This document shows positions 44,794-54,471 of a DNA stretch of 64,000 nucleotides, in pieces. The notes beneath the pieces are model-generated. The model was not told where the DNA came from. It worked only from the letters and a program-made list of their open reading frames with translations, and made no database searches. Position 1 is the first letter of the stretch. Each line of letters opens with the position of its first letter. This DNA comes from Polyangiales bacterium (GTDB taxonomy: Bacteria > Myxococcota_A > Polyangia > Polyangiales > Ga0077539). Both the position numbers and the translations under genes were made by a program. The stretch spans positions 219,947 to 283,946 of the forward strand of contig JBGARZ010000009.1 in assembly GCA_044229975.1 (NCBI GenBank), read 5' to 3'.

Positions 44794-47144
44794 AGGTGCT
44801 CCAGGTCATCCACGGCTACCCCATGCGCTACAACGCCGGGTCCGAGGTTTACACGCAGACTCTCTGTCACGGCCTCTCCGACGCAGGCCACGAGGTGCAC
44901 GTCTTCACCCGCGAGGAGGACTCTTTCGCCGAAGACTTCGCGATTCACCGCGAGCGCGACGCCGACGATTCGCGCGTAGCGCTCCACGTCATCAACAACC
45001 CGCGCAGCCGCGACCGCTACCGTCACGCCGGCATCGATGCCCGCTTTGTCGAGGTGCTCGAATCCCTCCGCCCCGACGTGGTGCACATCGGGCACCTCAA
45101 CCATCTGTCGACCTCGATCGTGCGCGAGGCAGCGGCCCGCGGTGTTCCGGTGGTGTTCACGCTGCACGACTACTGGGTGATGTGCCCGCGCGGACAGTTC
45201 ATGCAGATGCACCCCGCCGACGGAGGCGAACTCTGGGCCGCCTGCGACGGGCAGCAGGATCGCAAGTGCGCCGAGCGTTGCTACGCGCGCTACTTCTCGG
45301 GTGCCTCCGACGAGTACGAGGAGGACGTCCGCCACTGGGAGCGCTGGGTCGCGCGCCGGATGCAGGACCTCCGCGAGGTCGCCGATCTCGTCGATCTGTT
45401 CATCGCTCCGACCCGCTACCTCCACGACCGCTACCGCGACGAGTTCGGTCTGCCCGAGCGCAAGCTGGCTCATCTCGACTACGGCTTCGACCTCGCGCGA
45501 TTGCGCGGAAGACAGCGCCAACCCGGCGAGCCCTTCACCTTCGGCTACATCGGGACGCACATCCCGGCCAAAGGGATCCACCAGCTCATCGCGGCCTTCG
45601 GCGACGTGCGAGGCGACGTGCGTCTCCGCATCTGGGGGCGCCCGCGCGGGCAGGACACCGAAGCCCTGCGAGCGTTGGCGGCGGCGCTCCCCGGCGACGC
45701 GGCGAGCCGGGTCGAGTGGACCTCGGAGTATCGCAATCAGGACATCGTCGCCGAGGTCTTCGATCGGGTCGACGCCATCGTGGTCCCTTCGATCTGGGTC
45801 GAAAACTCGCCTCTCGTCATCCACGAGGCCCAGCAGTCGCGCGTGCCGGTCATCACCGCCGACGTCGGCGGGATGGCGGAGCTCGTTCACCACGAGGTCA
45901 ACGGCCTCCTCTTCGAACATCGCAACCCGCGAGCGCTCGCCGCGGCCATGCAGCGCCTGGCGGACGACCCCGCCCTCGCCCGCGAGCTCGGCGCGCACGG
46001 CTACGTCCATTCGAAGGACGGCGACGTGCCCGACCTGAACGAGCACGTCCGCGCGATCGAGGGGCTCTATCGTCGCGTGATCGCGCAGCGCGAATCGACC
46101 CGCGTGACGCACGCGGCGGGGCCGTGGCGCATCACCTTCGATACCAACCCCGATACCTGCAATATGAAGTGCGCGATGTGCGAGGAGCACTCGCCACACA
46201 GCCTGTCGCAGCTCGGGCGGAAGAAGGAGGCGCAGCCGCGGCGGGTGATGCCGATCGAACTGCTCGAGCGCATCGTCGTCGAGGCCGCGCCCAAAGGGCT
46301 GCGCGAGGTGATCCCTTCGACGATGGGTGAGCCACTGTTCTACGAGCACTTCGAGCGGATCATCGGGGTCTGCAAGGCCCATGGGGTGATGCTCAACCTC
46401 ACGACCAACGGCTCCTTCCCCCGGCTCGGCGCGCGGGCGTGGGCCGAGCGGCTCGTGCCCATTACCTCCGACATCAAGGTCTCCTGGAACGGCGCCACGA
46501 AGCACACCCACGAGGCGGTGATGATCGGCTCCAACTGGGAGCAGTGCCTGGCCAACGTCCGCACGCTCATCGAGGTGCGCGACGCCCACGCGGCGGCGGG
46601 CGGCAACCGCTGCCGCGTGACCTTCCAGATGACCTTCCTTGAGACCAACGTGGGCGAGCTCGCGGACATCGTCCGTCTCGCGGCGAAGTTGGGAGTCGAT
46701 CGACTCAAGGGACACCACCTCTGGGCGCACTTCGGGGAGATCGAGTCGCTCTCGATGCGACGCGACCTCGGGTCCATCCGCCGATGGAACGACGCCGTCC
46801 GCGACGCCCAGGCGGCCGCGCGCTCCGACCGCCTGCCCGATGGGCGCGAGGTGCTCCTGGAGAACATCTTCCCCCTCGCTGAGGACGCCACGCAAGATCT
46901 CGCGCCGGGCGGCCCGTGTCCCTTCCTCGGTCAGGAGGCATGGGTCAGCGCGCTCGGTCGCTTCGACCCGTGCTGTGCGCCCGACGCCCAGCGACGGACG
47001 CTCGGCGAGTTCGGATCGCTTCATGATCAGAGTCTCAACGCGGTCTGGCAGTCGGAGCCCTACCGCAAACTTGTCGCGACCTACCGCAACCGCGCTCTCT
47101 GCCTCTCCTGCAACATGCGCCGACCGGCCGCGGAGTCCCGATGA
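44790..47144 (+). CDS. Fusion protein: GT4-family glycosyltransferase (GT-B) plus radical SAM domain with a SPASM-like C-terminus
   Basis: GT4: EAQQSRVPVITADVGGMAELVHHEVNGLLFE. Radical SAM: CNMKCAMCEE (CxxxCxxC). Auxiliary Cys motifs: CPFLGQEAW, RFDPCCAPD, CLSCN. Strong RBS GAGGAGGG before the ATG at 44790. Confidence 0.7.
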   Translation: MKVLQVIHGYPMRYNAGSEVYTQTLCHGLSDAGHEVHVFTREEDSFAEDFAIHRERDADDSRVALHVINNPRSRDRYRHAGIDARFVEVLESLRPDVVHIGHLNHLSTSIVREAAARGVPVVFTLHDYWVMCPRGQFMQMHPADGGELWAACDGQQDRKCAERCYARYFSGASDEYEEDVRHWERWVARRMQDLREVADLVDLFIAPTRYLHDRYRDEFGLPERKLAHLDYGFDLARLRGRQRQPGEPFTFGYIGTHIPAKGIHQLIAAFGDVRGDVRLRIWGRPRGQDTEALRALAAALPGDAASRVEWTSEYRNQDIVAEVFDRVDAIVVPSIWVENSPLVIHEAQQSRVPVITADVGGMAELVHHEVNGLLFEHRNPRALAAAMQRLADDPALARELGAHGYVHSKDGDVPDLNEHVRAIEGLYRRVIAQRESTRVTHAAGPWRITFDTNPDTCNMKCAMCEEHSPHSLSQLGRKKEAQPRRVMPIELLERIVVEAAPKGLREVIPSTMGEPLFYEHFERIIGVCKAHGVMLNLTTNGSFPRLGARAWAERLVPITSDIKVSWNGATKHTHEAVMIGSNWEQCLANVRTLIEVRDAHAAAGGNRCRVTFQMTFLETNVGELADIVRLAAKLGVDRLKGHHLWAHFGEIESLSMRRDLGSIRRWNDAVRDAQAAARSDRLPDGREVLLENIFPLAEDATQDLAPGGPCPFLGQEAWVSALGRFDPCCAPDAQRRTLGEFGSLHDQSLNAVWQSEPYRKLVATYRNRALCLSCNMRRPAAESR

Positions 47145-48409
47145 GCTGGCGCGGCTTACTTCCCTCCGCCGACGGGACTCATCACGTCCGCGCGGGCGTC
47201 CCGGCCTACGCGGATCGCTTCGATGAGGTGCTGAAGTTCCATGAGCCCGGCCTCGCTCCGGTGCGGCGCGGCGCGGCGGCGTGGCACATCGACCCGGCTG
47301 GCGTGGCCGCGTACGTCCGTCGCTTCCAGCGCACCTTTGGCTTCTACGAAGGGCTCGCGGCGGTCGAGTCCGGCGACGGCTGGCACCACGTCGCCCCCGA
47401 TGGTGCCAACGCCTTCGATCAACGCTTCGCGTGGTGCGGCAACTTCCAGGGCGGACGGGCGACGGTGCGCGCGCGCGACGGGCGCTACCACCACATCCTC
47501 CCCGACGGCAGGCCCTGCTATGCCGAGCGCTGGTGCTACGCGGGTGACTACCGTGACGACGTCGCGGTGGTGAAGCGCCACGACGGGCTCGCCACCCACA
47601 TCGACCTGAACGGCCGTGCCTTGCACGACCGCTGGTTCGTCGACCTCGACGTGTTCCACAAGGGGCACGCAAGGGCCCGCGACCGCGAGGGCTGGTTCCA
47701 CATCGACGCCCGCGGCGAGGCCCTTTATGGACGGCGTTTCGCGAGCGTCGAACCCTTCTACAACGAGCAGGCCTTCGCAGAACTCCACGACGGCAGCCAG
47801 GCGGTCATCGGCCACGACGGGGTCGGCCTCGTGCAGGTGTCGGCGCCCTGGTCGGGAGGGCGCGCTCCGGGCGGGCGCACAGGCGGGCGACGCCTGCTGC
47901 TCGTGGGGCTTGCCGCCGCGGGCAAGACGACGGTCGGCCGCGCGCTCGCGGCACGTTGGGGCGTCGAGCTGGTGAGCCTCGACGACTGCCGACGACGCTG
48001 GGGCGATGGGACGACGGCGGGCGACCACCTCGCGCGGGCTATGTTCCTGCGCACCTGCGCGACCCTCGACGCCGGAGTGTTCGAGACCTCTGGCGCGGGC
48101 CCGTATCGACACGCTACGCGCGCAGCGCTGGCCGAGCGCCGAGGGCCACTCGTGGTCTGCTGGCTCGACGCGCCCGCCAACGTCCGCCGCGCGCGCCGCG
48201 ATGCGCCCCCGCGCGACATCCCCCATCCCCCGGCGGCGACGGGCGGGTGGAGCGAGGCCGACGCCGAGGCCGCGCTGACCGACGACATCGCGCACGGGTG
48301 GTGGACGCTGCTCGATGATTGGCGAGCGCATCGGGTCGACGCGACGGTCCCGGCCGATGAGCTCGCGTCAACAATCGACGCGCTGGTGTCAGGAACCCGG
48401 GACCCGTGA
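47141..48409 (+). CDS. WG-repeat domain protein fused to a P-loop kinase (AAA_33-like)
   Basis: Six repeats of the WHxDxxG type (WHIDPAG, WHHVAPDG, YHHILPDG, ATHIDLNG, WFHIDARG, IGHDGVG). Then LLLVGLAAAGKTTVGRALA. ATG overlaps the upstream stop. Confidence 0.6.
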   Translation: MSWRGLLPSADGTHHVRAGVPAYADRFDEVLKFHEPGLAPVRRGAAAWHIDPAGVAAYVRRFQRTFGFYEGLAAVESGDGWHHVAPDGANAFDQRFAWCGNFQGGRATVRARDGRYHHILPDGRPCYAERWCYAGDYRDDVAVVKRHDGLATHIDLNGRALHDRWFVDLDVFHKGHARARDREGWFHIDARGEALYGRRFASVEPFYNEQAFAELHDGSQAVIGHDGVGLVQVSAPWSGGRAPGGRTGGRRLLLVGLAAAGKTTVGRALAARWGVELVSLDDCRRRWGDGTTAGDHLARAMFLRTCATLDAGVFETSGAGPYRHATRAALAERRGPLVVCWLDAPANVRRARRDAPPRDIPHPPAATGGWSEADAEAALTDDIAHGWWTLLDDWRAHRVDATVPADELASTIDALVSGTRDP

Positions 48410-49251
48410 GCGTCTTCCCTGACGTGAACCCCGAGTCGGTGCTGCTGGTTACGCTCGACTCGTGCCGCTACGACACCGCGGCGTTGGCCGACACGCCCAC
48501 GCTCCGCACGCTGGGCGAACCCCTACGGGCGATGGCACCGTCGTACTTCACCCTCGCGTCGCACGCGGCCATCTGGGTCGGCGCGACGCCGGGCGTCCCC
48601 GGGCTCCGCGCGCCGTGGCTCAACCCAAAGTGGCGTCGGCTCTTCCGCCTGGAGACGGGCTCTATCAAGGCGCGCGACGACGAGGCCTTCGCGCTGCCCG
48701 GGCGCACGATCATCGACGGCTTCAACCGGCTCGGGTACGCGACGATCGGAACCGGTGCGGTCGACTGGTTCGACCCGCAGACGGCGGCGGGGCGATCGCT
48801 CTGCGAGGACTTCTCGGAGTTCCATTACGTCCGAGGCGAGGGCGCGAATCGGCAGGTCGCGTGGCTCGCCGATCGGGCGCGCGCGGCCGGAGGGCGGCCG
48901 GTGTTCGCCTTCCTGAACGCTGGTGAGACGCACGTCCCGTACTGGCACGAGGGCGCGACGTGGCCCCGCGACGACAACCCCTGCGTGCCCTTCGGCGAGG
49001 CGAACCGACGCGCCGACTGCGAGTCGCGACAGCGTGCGTGCCTGGAGCACGTCGACCGTGCGCTCGCCCCGTTGCTCGACGCGTACCGCAACGCGACGGT
49101 GCTGGTCACCGCCGACCACGGCGACTGCTGGGGCGAGGACGGCCTCTGGGAGCACGGCGTCTGGCACGCCAAGGCGATGGAGGTCCCGCTATGGCTGCGC
49201 GTGCGCGGCCGGGTCGTGCGCGACGATCGGCGCGCAACGCCGGAGATCTGA
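48406..49251 (+). CDS. Alkaline-phosphatase-superfamily metalloenzyme (phosphodiesterase/NPP- or phosphomutase-like)
   Basis: LLVTLDSCRYD and VLVTADHGDCWGEDGLWEHG. GTG start overlapping the upstream stop (GTGA). Confidence 0.55.
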   Translation: MSVFPDVNPESVLLVTLDSCRYDTAALADTPTLRTLGEPLRAMAPSYFTLASHAAIWVGATPGVPGLRAPWLNPKWRRLFRLETGSIKARDDEAFALPGRTIIDGFNRLGYATIGTGAVDWFDPQTAAGRSLCEDFSEFHYVRGEGANRQVAWLADRARAAGGRPVFAFLNAGETHVPYWHEGATWPRDDNPCVPFGEANRRADCESRQRACLEHVDRALAPLLDAYRNATVLVTADHGDCWGEDGLWEHGVWHAKAMEVPLWLRVRGRVVRDDRRATPEI

Positions 49252-49294
49252 AGAGCGAGCGCTGGTGCGCGAGGGGAGAGGGAGCCAGGGAGTC

Positions 49295-49969
49295 ATGGGA
49301 GAAGATCGGTCGTATCCACCCGGGGAGATCCCCGCGTCGTTGGTCGATAGCTGGGCGCTGGTGCCGGAGGGCGTCCACGCGGCGCTCTTCATGCGGCACT
49401 CGTATCGACCATCGATCCCGCGAGAAGGTCCCGACGAGGTCGACCTCACCGAGGAGGGCGTGCGGCTGGCGCGAGAGCTGGGCGCCCTATTCCGCTCGCG
49501 CCCGGTGGGCCGACTGCTCGCGAGCAAGGTGCCGCGCTGCATGACGACGGCACGCGCGCTCGCCGAGGGTGCAGGCTGGTCGGCCGAGCCCGTCGTGGAC
49601 GAGCGACTGCGAAACCCGTGGACCGCCGATGAGGCGGGCAAGCGGCTCGCACACGGCTACTGGAGCACGCGCCCGCGCACGATCGACGCGCTTCGGCTCG
49701 CGATGGCGGAGGGTATCCCCGGCTGGAGGCCCTTCGGCGAGGCCGTGGCGGTGATGGTCGACGCGATGATCGAGGCGCCCGTCCCCGGCGCGCTCGACGT
49801 GCTCGTGACACACGACCTGATGGTGGGTGCCGTCGTCGAGTGGCTGCTGCGGCCCGGACTCGAGCGGGTGCCGCGCTTCCTGGAAGGTGTGTTCGTATGG
49901 AAGACCGGGTCCGGCATCGCGGTCGCCTGGCGCGGCGAGACACGGGAGCTGCCGTGGCCTCCGCGCTGA
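49295..49969 (+). CDS. Histidine phosphatase (phosphoglycerate-mutase-like) family protein
   Basis: ALFMRHSYR (RHG-type) and LVTHDLMVG. RBS GGGAG before the ATG. Confidence 0.55.
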   Translation: MGEDRSYPPGEIPASLVDSWALVPEGVHAALFMRHSYRPSIPREGPDEVDLTEEGVRLARELGALFRSRPVGRLLASKVPRCMTTARALAEGAGWSAEPVVDERLRNPWTADEAGKRLAHGYWSTRPRTIDALRLAMAEGIPGWRPFGEAVAVMVDAMIEAPVPGALDVLVTHDLMVGAVVEWLLRPGLERVPRFLEGVFVWKTGSGIAVAWRGETRELPWPPR

Positions 49970-50613
49970 GCGAGGAGGCCGTCGCACGTTGCGGCGAGGC
50001 GCTGATCGGTGAGGCGCTGGGGCGGGACTTCGACGGCGAGGTCTTCCTCGCGGGCGGGGCGTTCCGTACCCTGCTGACCGGCGAGGCTCCGCGCGACCTC
50101 GACCTTTGGGCGCCCGACGAGGCCAACCGCACCGCGCTCATCGCGTGGCTCGCTCGGCGCGGCGCGACGATCGAGCGGGACCACCCGCCGTTCCAAACGA
50201 TGTTCCGCTGCGGTCACCATCGGGTCGACGTTCCCTATGCGTTGGGAACCACGCGCCTGGCCGACCGGCTCGCGCGCTTCGACCTGGGGCTCTCGGCGGT
50301 CGGAGTCAGTTGGCGGGACGGGCGCATCGTCGAAGCGGTCATCGACCCGTGCGCAGTGCGCTCTGTCGAGGCGCGGGCGGTGCTCGTACTTCGCCCACTG
50401 CGCAACGCCTCGTACCTGCTCAACACCGTCGAGCGAGCGCGCCGCTACGCGCGTGAACTGGGCTTTGCGCTCCCTGACGCCGAGGAGGAGTTTCTCTGGG
50501 AGACCTACGCGTCGATGCCGCGCGACCGTCGCGAGAAGGTCCTCGCCAACTTCACCTGGGCCGGAGGCGCGGACGGGCAGATTGCCGCCCACGCACGAGA
50601 GCTGGTTGGGTGA
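49897..50613 (+). CDS. Minimal nucleotidyltransferase-like protein (pol-beta/CCA-head fold)
   Basis: FLAGGAFRTLLTGEAPRDLDLWAPD matches the GG..R..L.G....D.D NTase signature. Start uncertain (ATG 49897 or GTG about 49950). Confidence 0.4.
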   Translation: MEDRVRHRGRLARRDTGAAVASALSEEAVARCGEALIGEALGRDFDGEVFLAGGAFRTLLTGEAPRDLDLWAPDEANRTALIAWLARRGATIERDHPPFQTMFRCGHHRVDVPYALGTTRLADRLARFDLGLSAVGVSWRDGRIVEAVIDPCAVRSVEARAVLVLRPLRNASYLLNTVERARRYARELGFALPDAEEEFLWETYASMPRDRREKVLANFTWAGGADGQIAAHARELVG

Positions 50614-50668
50614 GGGCGGTGCGCCGAGGGCGCTTCGATCGCAGGGACGGTGCGCGCGTCGATCCGGC

Positions 50669-52486
50669 TCAAGATGAGAACGGCAGGGCGAGAAACCGCC
50701 CGAGCATCGCGGGCGCATCGAGCGCCAGCGCCCGTTTGATGGCGTCGACTGCTACACGTTCAAGCGGCGCTGCGGTTCGCCCGTGGGCGACGGCATTGCG
50801 AACCTCCACCAGGCTGAAAGGTGCCCCCGACACTGGCGCGATCGACCTCGCCGCGCCCGCGACCGAAGCGAGGGCGTCGAGCGTCGGCCCGTCGACCACT
50901 TTATCGATGCACGCGCGCGCCGCGCCCGGCCTGCTCACCAACTCCATCACCTGCAGCAGCGTACTGAGCGTCGGTTCCTTCGTGGGCTTCAGGAGGAGGG
51001 CCCACTCGCCCTTCGGCTTGAAGGCGTGGACGTTGTCCTCGGCGACCTTGCGCAGGGGCGTGAGGACACGCTCTCGCAGCTCGCGCTCAAGCGTGATCGC
51101 CAGTAGATGAGCGCTGCGCCCGAGATCATCGACGGCGCCGTGATAGGTGATCTCCGAGCGCACGAGGTCGGTTTGTGATTCGGGATGCAAGCTCCCGAAG
51201 GCGTCCCCCAGGATCAGCGCCCAGCGTCGCTGGGACTGCTCGCGGAGCCGGTCGTGCCATCGCCAGGGATCCACCGCGGCCGACGTCGCGAGGGGTCTGA
51301 CATCGGCGCCGAGGATGCCCTCGATCCTGACGAAGAGCGCGTCGAACGTCTCCCGCTCAGCCGCGTCGCGCGGCAGCAAATACGCCTCGGCCTGCAGCTC
51401 GTTCGCCAGGGAACGCAGTTGCTCGACCCACGCCCCTGCCATGCCGCGCACGCGATCGTTCTTGAGGCCCGCGATGACCTCGACCCGTCGCCCCGTGGCC
51501 CGCTCCAGATACCAGAGCGCCTCGCCGTGGAGACCTGCGTCGGCGCAGACCCTCGCGCGCAGCTGATACAGCTTGGGGGTCAGCACCGGATGGTCCAGCG
51601 CCTCAGCCATCGGGCTCACTTCGCCGAGTACGGCGTGCGCCTCCGCGATGCGACCGCGGCCTCGATAGAACTCGGCGCGCCTCATCGCGATGCGCACGCG
51701 GACCTTCCGATCGTCGCCCGCGTCACTCTCGGCCCACGCCGCAGCGAGCGCCTCTTCTGCTTCCTTGGAGTGTCGTTCGATGTCCTTCGGATCTCCGCCC
51801 ACCGTACGTCCGAGGCGCGCGATCGCCAGCTCAGCGCGATGCTTCTGCGCGCTGCATCGACGGCGGCGGTCGTCGAGCACCGCGCCGGCTTTCAGCTCGT
51901 CGTCGAAGCGCCACGCCGCCCCGTCGAGGTCGCCCCGGAGCAGCGCCGCCCGGCCTGCGAGGGCGCGAGCGTTGGCCAGGCGCCGCGGATCCCCGACGTT
52001 CTCCAGCAACTCCTCGTAGCGCGCGTAGCAGTCATCAGCGCTGGCCCTCTGATCGAGCTCATCGAAGAGCGCTCCGAGGTTCCCCAACAGTCGAGCGCGC
52101 ACCCCGACGAGCGCAGGCCCGACCGCATCGCGCAACGCCTCGCGGAACAGGTCGTACGCCTCATCGTGGCGACCGAGGTCCCGGAGCGTCGCGCCGAGGT
52201 GGTTGCTCACCGCGAGCCGTAGCTCCTTGTCGTCGGACTGACGTGCAAGGTCGAGTGCTCGTCGGAAGTAAACCTCCGAGCGGGCCAGGGCAGCCGCTCC
52301 ACCGGCGCGATAGCAGGACAATCCGACGAAGCGCTGGCAGACCGCCTCCGCGCTTGTGTCGCCGCTCTCCTCCGCGAGTGCGAGCGCCCGCTCGTTGCAC
52401 GCGAGCGCCGCCGTCCAGTCCTGGCGCAGATACGCTTCCTTCCCTCGCGCCAGGTGTGCCTCGACCTCGCCCGCCGCGGTCGCCAT
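50669..52486 (-). CDS. TPR-repeat protein (605 aa)
   Basis: Repeated TPR-like helical hairpins in the N-terminal half (AYDLFREAL, CYARYEELL, and similar). Coupled to an upstream small ORF. Confidence 0.55.
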   Translation of the reverse strand: MATAAGEVEAHLARGKEAYLRQDWTAALACNERALALAEESGDTSAEAVCQRFVGLSCYRAGGAAALARSEVYFRRALDLARQSDDKELRLAVSNHLGATLRDLGRHDEAYDLFREALRDAVGPALVGVRARLLGNLGALFDELDQRASADDCYARYEELLENVGDPRRLANARALAGRAALLRGDLDGAAWRFDDELKAGAVLDDRRRRCSAQKHRAELAIARLGRTVGGDPKDIERHSKEAEEALAAAWAESDAGDDRKVRVRIAMRRAEFYRGRGRIAEAHAVLGEVSPMAEALDHPVLTPKLYQLRARVCADAGLHGEALWYLERATGRRVEVIAGLKNDRVRGMAGAWVEQLRSLANELQAEAYLLPRDAAERETFDALFVRIEGILGADVRPLATSAAVDPWRWHDRLREQSQRRWALILGDAFGSLHPESQTDLVRSEITYHGAVDDLGRSAHLLAITLERELRERVLTPLRKVAEDNVHAFKPKGEWALLLKPTKEPTLSTLLQVMELVSRPGAARACIDKVVDGPTLDALASVAGAARSIAPVSGAPFSLVEVRNAVAHGRTAAPLERVAVDAIKRALALDAPAMLGRFLALPFSS

Positions 52487-52487
52487 C

Positions 52488-52794
52488 TCAGCTCCCTGAT
52501 CTCACGACGTCCTCAACGACGGTCGGCATCTGGAGGTCGCGGTGCAGCTCATCGAGGTCGAGCATCCTTCCGCTGGGCCCGTACGCAGCCTGGCCTCGCA
52601 GATCGAGTCCCTGCAGACACGACTCGACCGCGGCACGCCCCTCCTCCGTCGTCATCTGCCGTCGCCGAACGCCGCCCACCGCGGCAAGCCGCCTATCGAG
52701 CGAGTCGCGCAGCGAGGGCGCCGTGAGCTTCGCCGCGATGGCCATCGCCTCCTCTGACGAGCCCACGACCACCGGGTGGTTGGAGATCACCATG
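52488..52794 (-). CDS. Small hypothetical protein (about 102 aa)
   Basis: GC3-biased. ATG start MVISNHPVVVGSSEEAMAIAAKL. Stop 1 nt before the TPR gene ATG. The track ORF extends further upstream in an artefact frame. Confidence 0.35.
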
Positions 52795-53125
52795 GTCTCG
52801 TCGGCTTCTGTCTTCGTCCGGGCGACGTTGTGGGTCGTCCTTGCACGGCGACGTTGTGGGAGCGGGCCGAGCCGCGTCGCGAGCCGCACGCCGACCCATT
52901 CGACCGACGCTCGGAAGTGCGACGACGCGACGCGGAGGGGAATGACCGGAGGAACCTTTGCGTGGCGTCCCATGGACGACGACGCTCGCATGGTCGGCGC
53001 GCACGATTCAATCTCTCGAAGCGGCCCGCGATGCGGCGCGATGTGGCGGCGCTCCCCGCTATGACTCGCGTCGGCCCGACAGCGGCGCCATGGACCTGCG
53101 CCTCGCAGTCCTGCCGCCGCGGCTG

Positions 53126-54334
53126 CTACTGCGGTCGCAGCGTGAAGTTCCACCGCCCGCTACCGCAGGCTCGCGAGCCACCGCCAGCGACGAAGGTCTC
53201 TCGCGTGAACCCCAAGGTGATGTCTTCGCAGATCGCGTCGGAGCCTGCGACGTCGCGGTCTCGGAATGTCGTCGGCACGCCGGCCATCAACATTCCGGCG
53301 GTCACTACGGGCAGCGCGTAGTTCCAGTTCGGCGCGACGGTGTCGCTCGCCTCCGGCGTGCAGTTCTGCCGCCCGTTGAAGGTGACGCACACGAACGGGT
53401 CCGGCGCTCCACCCAACGAGTCCCACGAGGCGCCGGTTCCCGTGCGCTCGGCGACCGTTCCGCTCGTCACGGTGATGACCCACCCCGAGCCCGGCACGAC
53501 GTTGCAGGTTCCAGCACTACCGCATGCGAATCCACGCCCACACTCGGCGCCGCATGTCCCGCCGCAACCATCCGAGCCGCAGGTGCGCCCGGCGCAATTC
53601 GGCGTACAGACGCAACGCCCCGCCGCTGAACACGGCTGCCCCGATGGGCAAGCCCCACAGGTCCCACCGCATCCGTCGGAGCCGCAGGTTCGTCCTGCAC
53701 ACCGCGGGCTGCAGACGCAGCGTCCCAGCATGCAGCTCGACCCCGCAGGACAAGCACCACCGAGCGACCCACAGCTGCGACCTTCGCAGTAGAGGCCCGG
53801 ATCGGCGCCGCACTCCCGGCCCGTGCACTCCGAGCGGCAGACCATCGTGGGCGTCACGCACTGCCCCTGCCCGTTGCAAGACTGCCCGCTCGGACAGCCT
53901 CCACCGTTCGCCCCGCAGACGCGCCCACCGCAGCCAACACCTGGGTCGGCTCCGCATTGGCGACCGCCACAACCCGACTGGCAAGTCAGTGCAGTTCGCA
54001 GACATACGCCGAGCACGCAGTCACCGCCGTCGGAGCAGGTGCCACACGATGTGACCGACCCGTCGGCGCCGCAGGTCCCGCGGCTGCAATCTCCGGCGCC
54101 GCAGCTGCCGCAGCCACTCCATGACCCTGGGAGGCCGGCGCATTCCTGAAGACCCTGTGTGCCGTTGTCGCAGCGACAGAGACGTGCCTGTCCTTCGAAG
54201 CACGGGTCGTCCTGCGACCCGTCGATGCTCGTCGTTCCCGAGTCCACCCTGAGCAGCGGGTCCGGGCGGGGACTGCATGCCAGCGTCCCCACGACCAACA
54301 CCCCCGCGAGCACCCACCCGTTCCGCCCTGCCAT
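53126..54334 (-). CDS. Secreted lipoprotein with Myxococcus-type cysteine-rich repeats
   Basis: Signal peptide plus lipobox MAGRNGWVLAGVLVVGTLAC. About 10 tandem repeats CxxxCGxDxCGGxCGxCxxGxxC. Confidence 0.65.
   Translation of the reverse strand: MAGRNGWVLAGVLVVGTLACSPRPDPLLRVDSGTTSIDGSQDDPCFEGQARLCRCDNGTQGLQECAGLPGSWSGCGSCGAGDCSRGTCGADGSVTSCGTCSDGGDCVLGVCLRTALTCQSGCGGRQCGADPGVGCGGRVCGANGGGCPSGQSCNGQGQCVTPTMVCRSECTGRECGADPGLYCEGRSCGSLGGACPAGSSCMLGRCVCSPRCAGRTCGSDGCGGTCGACPSGQPCSAAGRCVCTPNCAGRTCGSDGCGGTCGAECGRGFACGSAGTCNVVPGSGWVITVTSGTVAERTGTGASWDSLGGAPDPFVCVTFNGRQNCTPEASDTVAPNWNYALPVVTAGMLMAGVPTTFRDRDVAGSDAICEDITLGFTRETFVAGGGSRACGSGRWNFTLRPQ
53390..54160. repeat. Tandem coding repeats (Cys-rich repeat units) inside the lipoprotein gene
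   Basis: Repeated nucleotide units encoding the ...CGSDGCGGTCGAC... modules. Confidence 0.5.
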
Positions 54335-54471
54335 CGCGCGCTCCTGACGTTGCACCGCGAGCAGCGGAAGCATCAGAAACGCCTCATGCGCCGATGTTCA
54401 CGCTGCCCGCGAGGGGCAACCATATGCCAGGGCGTCTGTTACGCAATAACTCTTTGTAGCCACGATCGAGC

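Noticed and set aside
53390-54160. Repeat array considered as a possible CRISPR array
   Set aside because: The repeats are in-frame coding units of the Cys-rich lipoprotein (CxxxCGxxxCGGxCGxC). There are no unique spacers and no cas genes.
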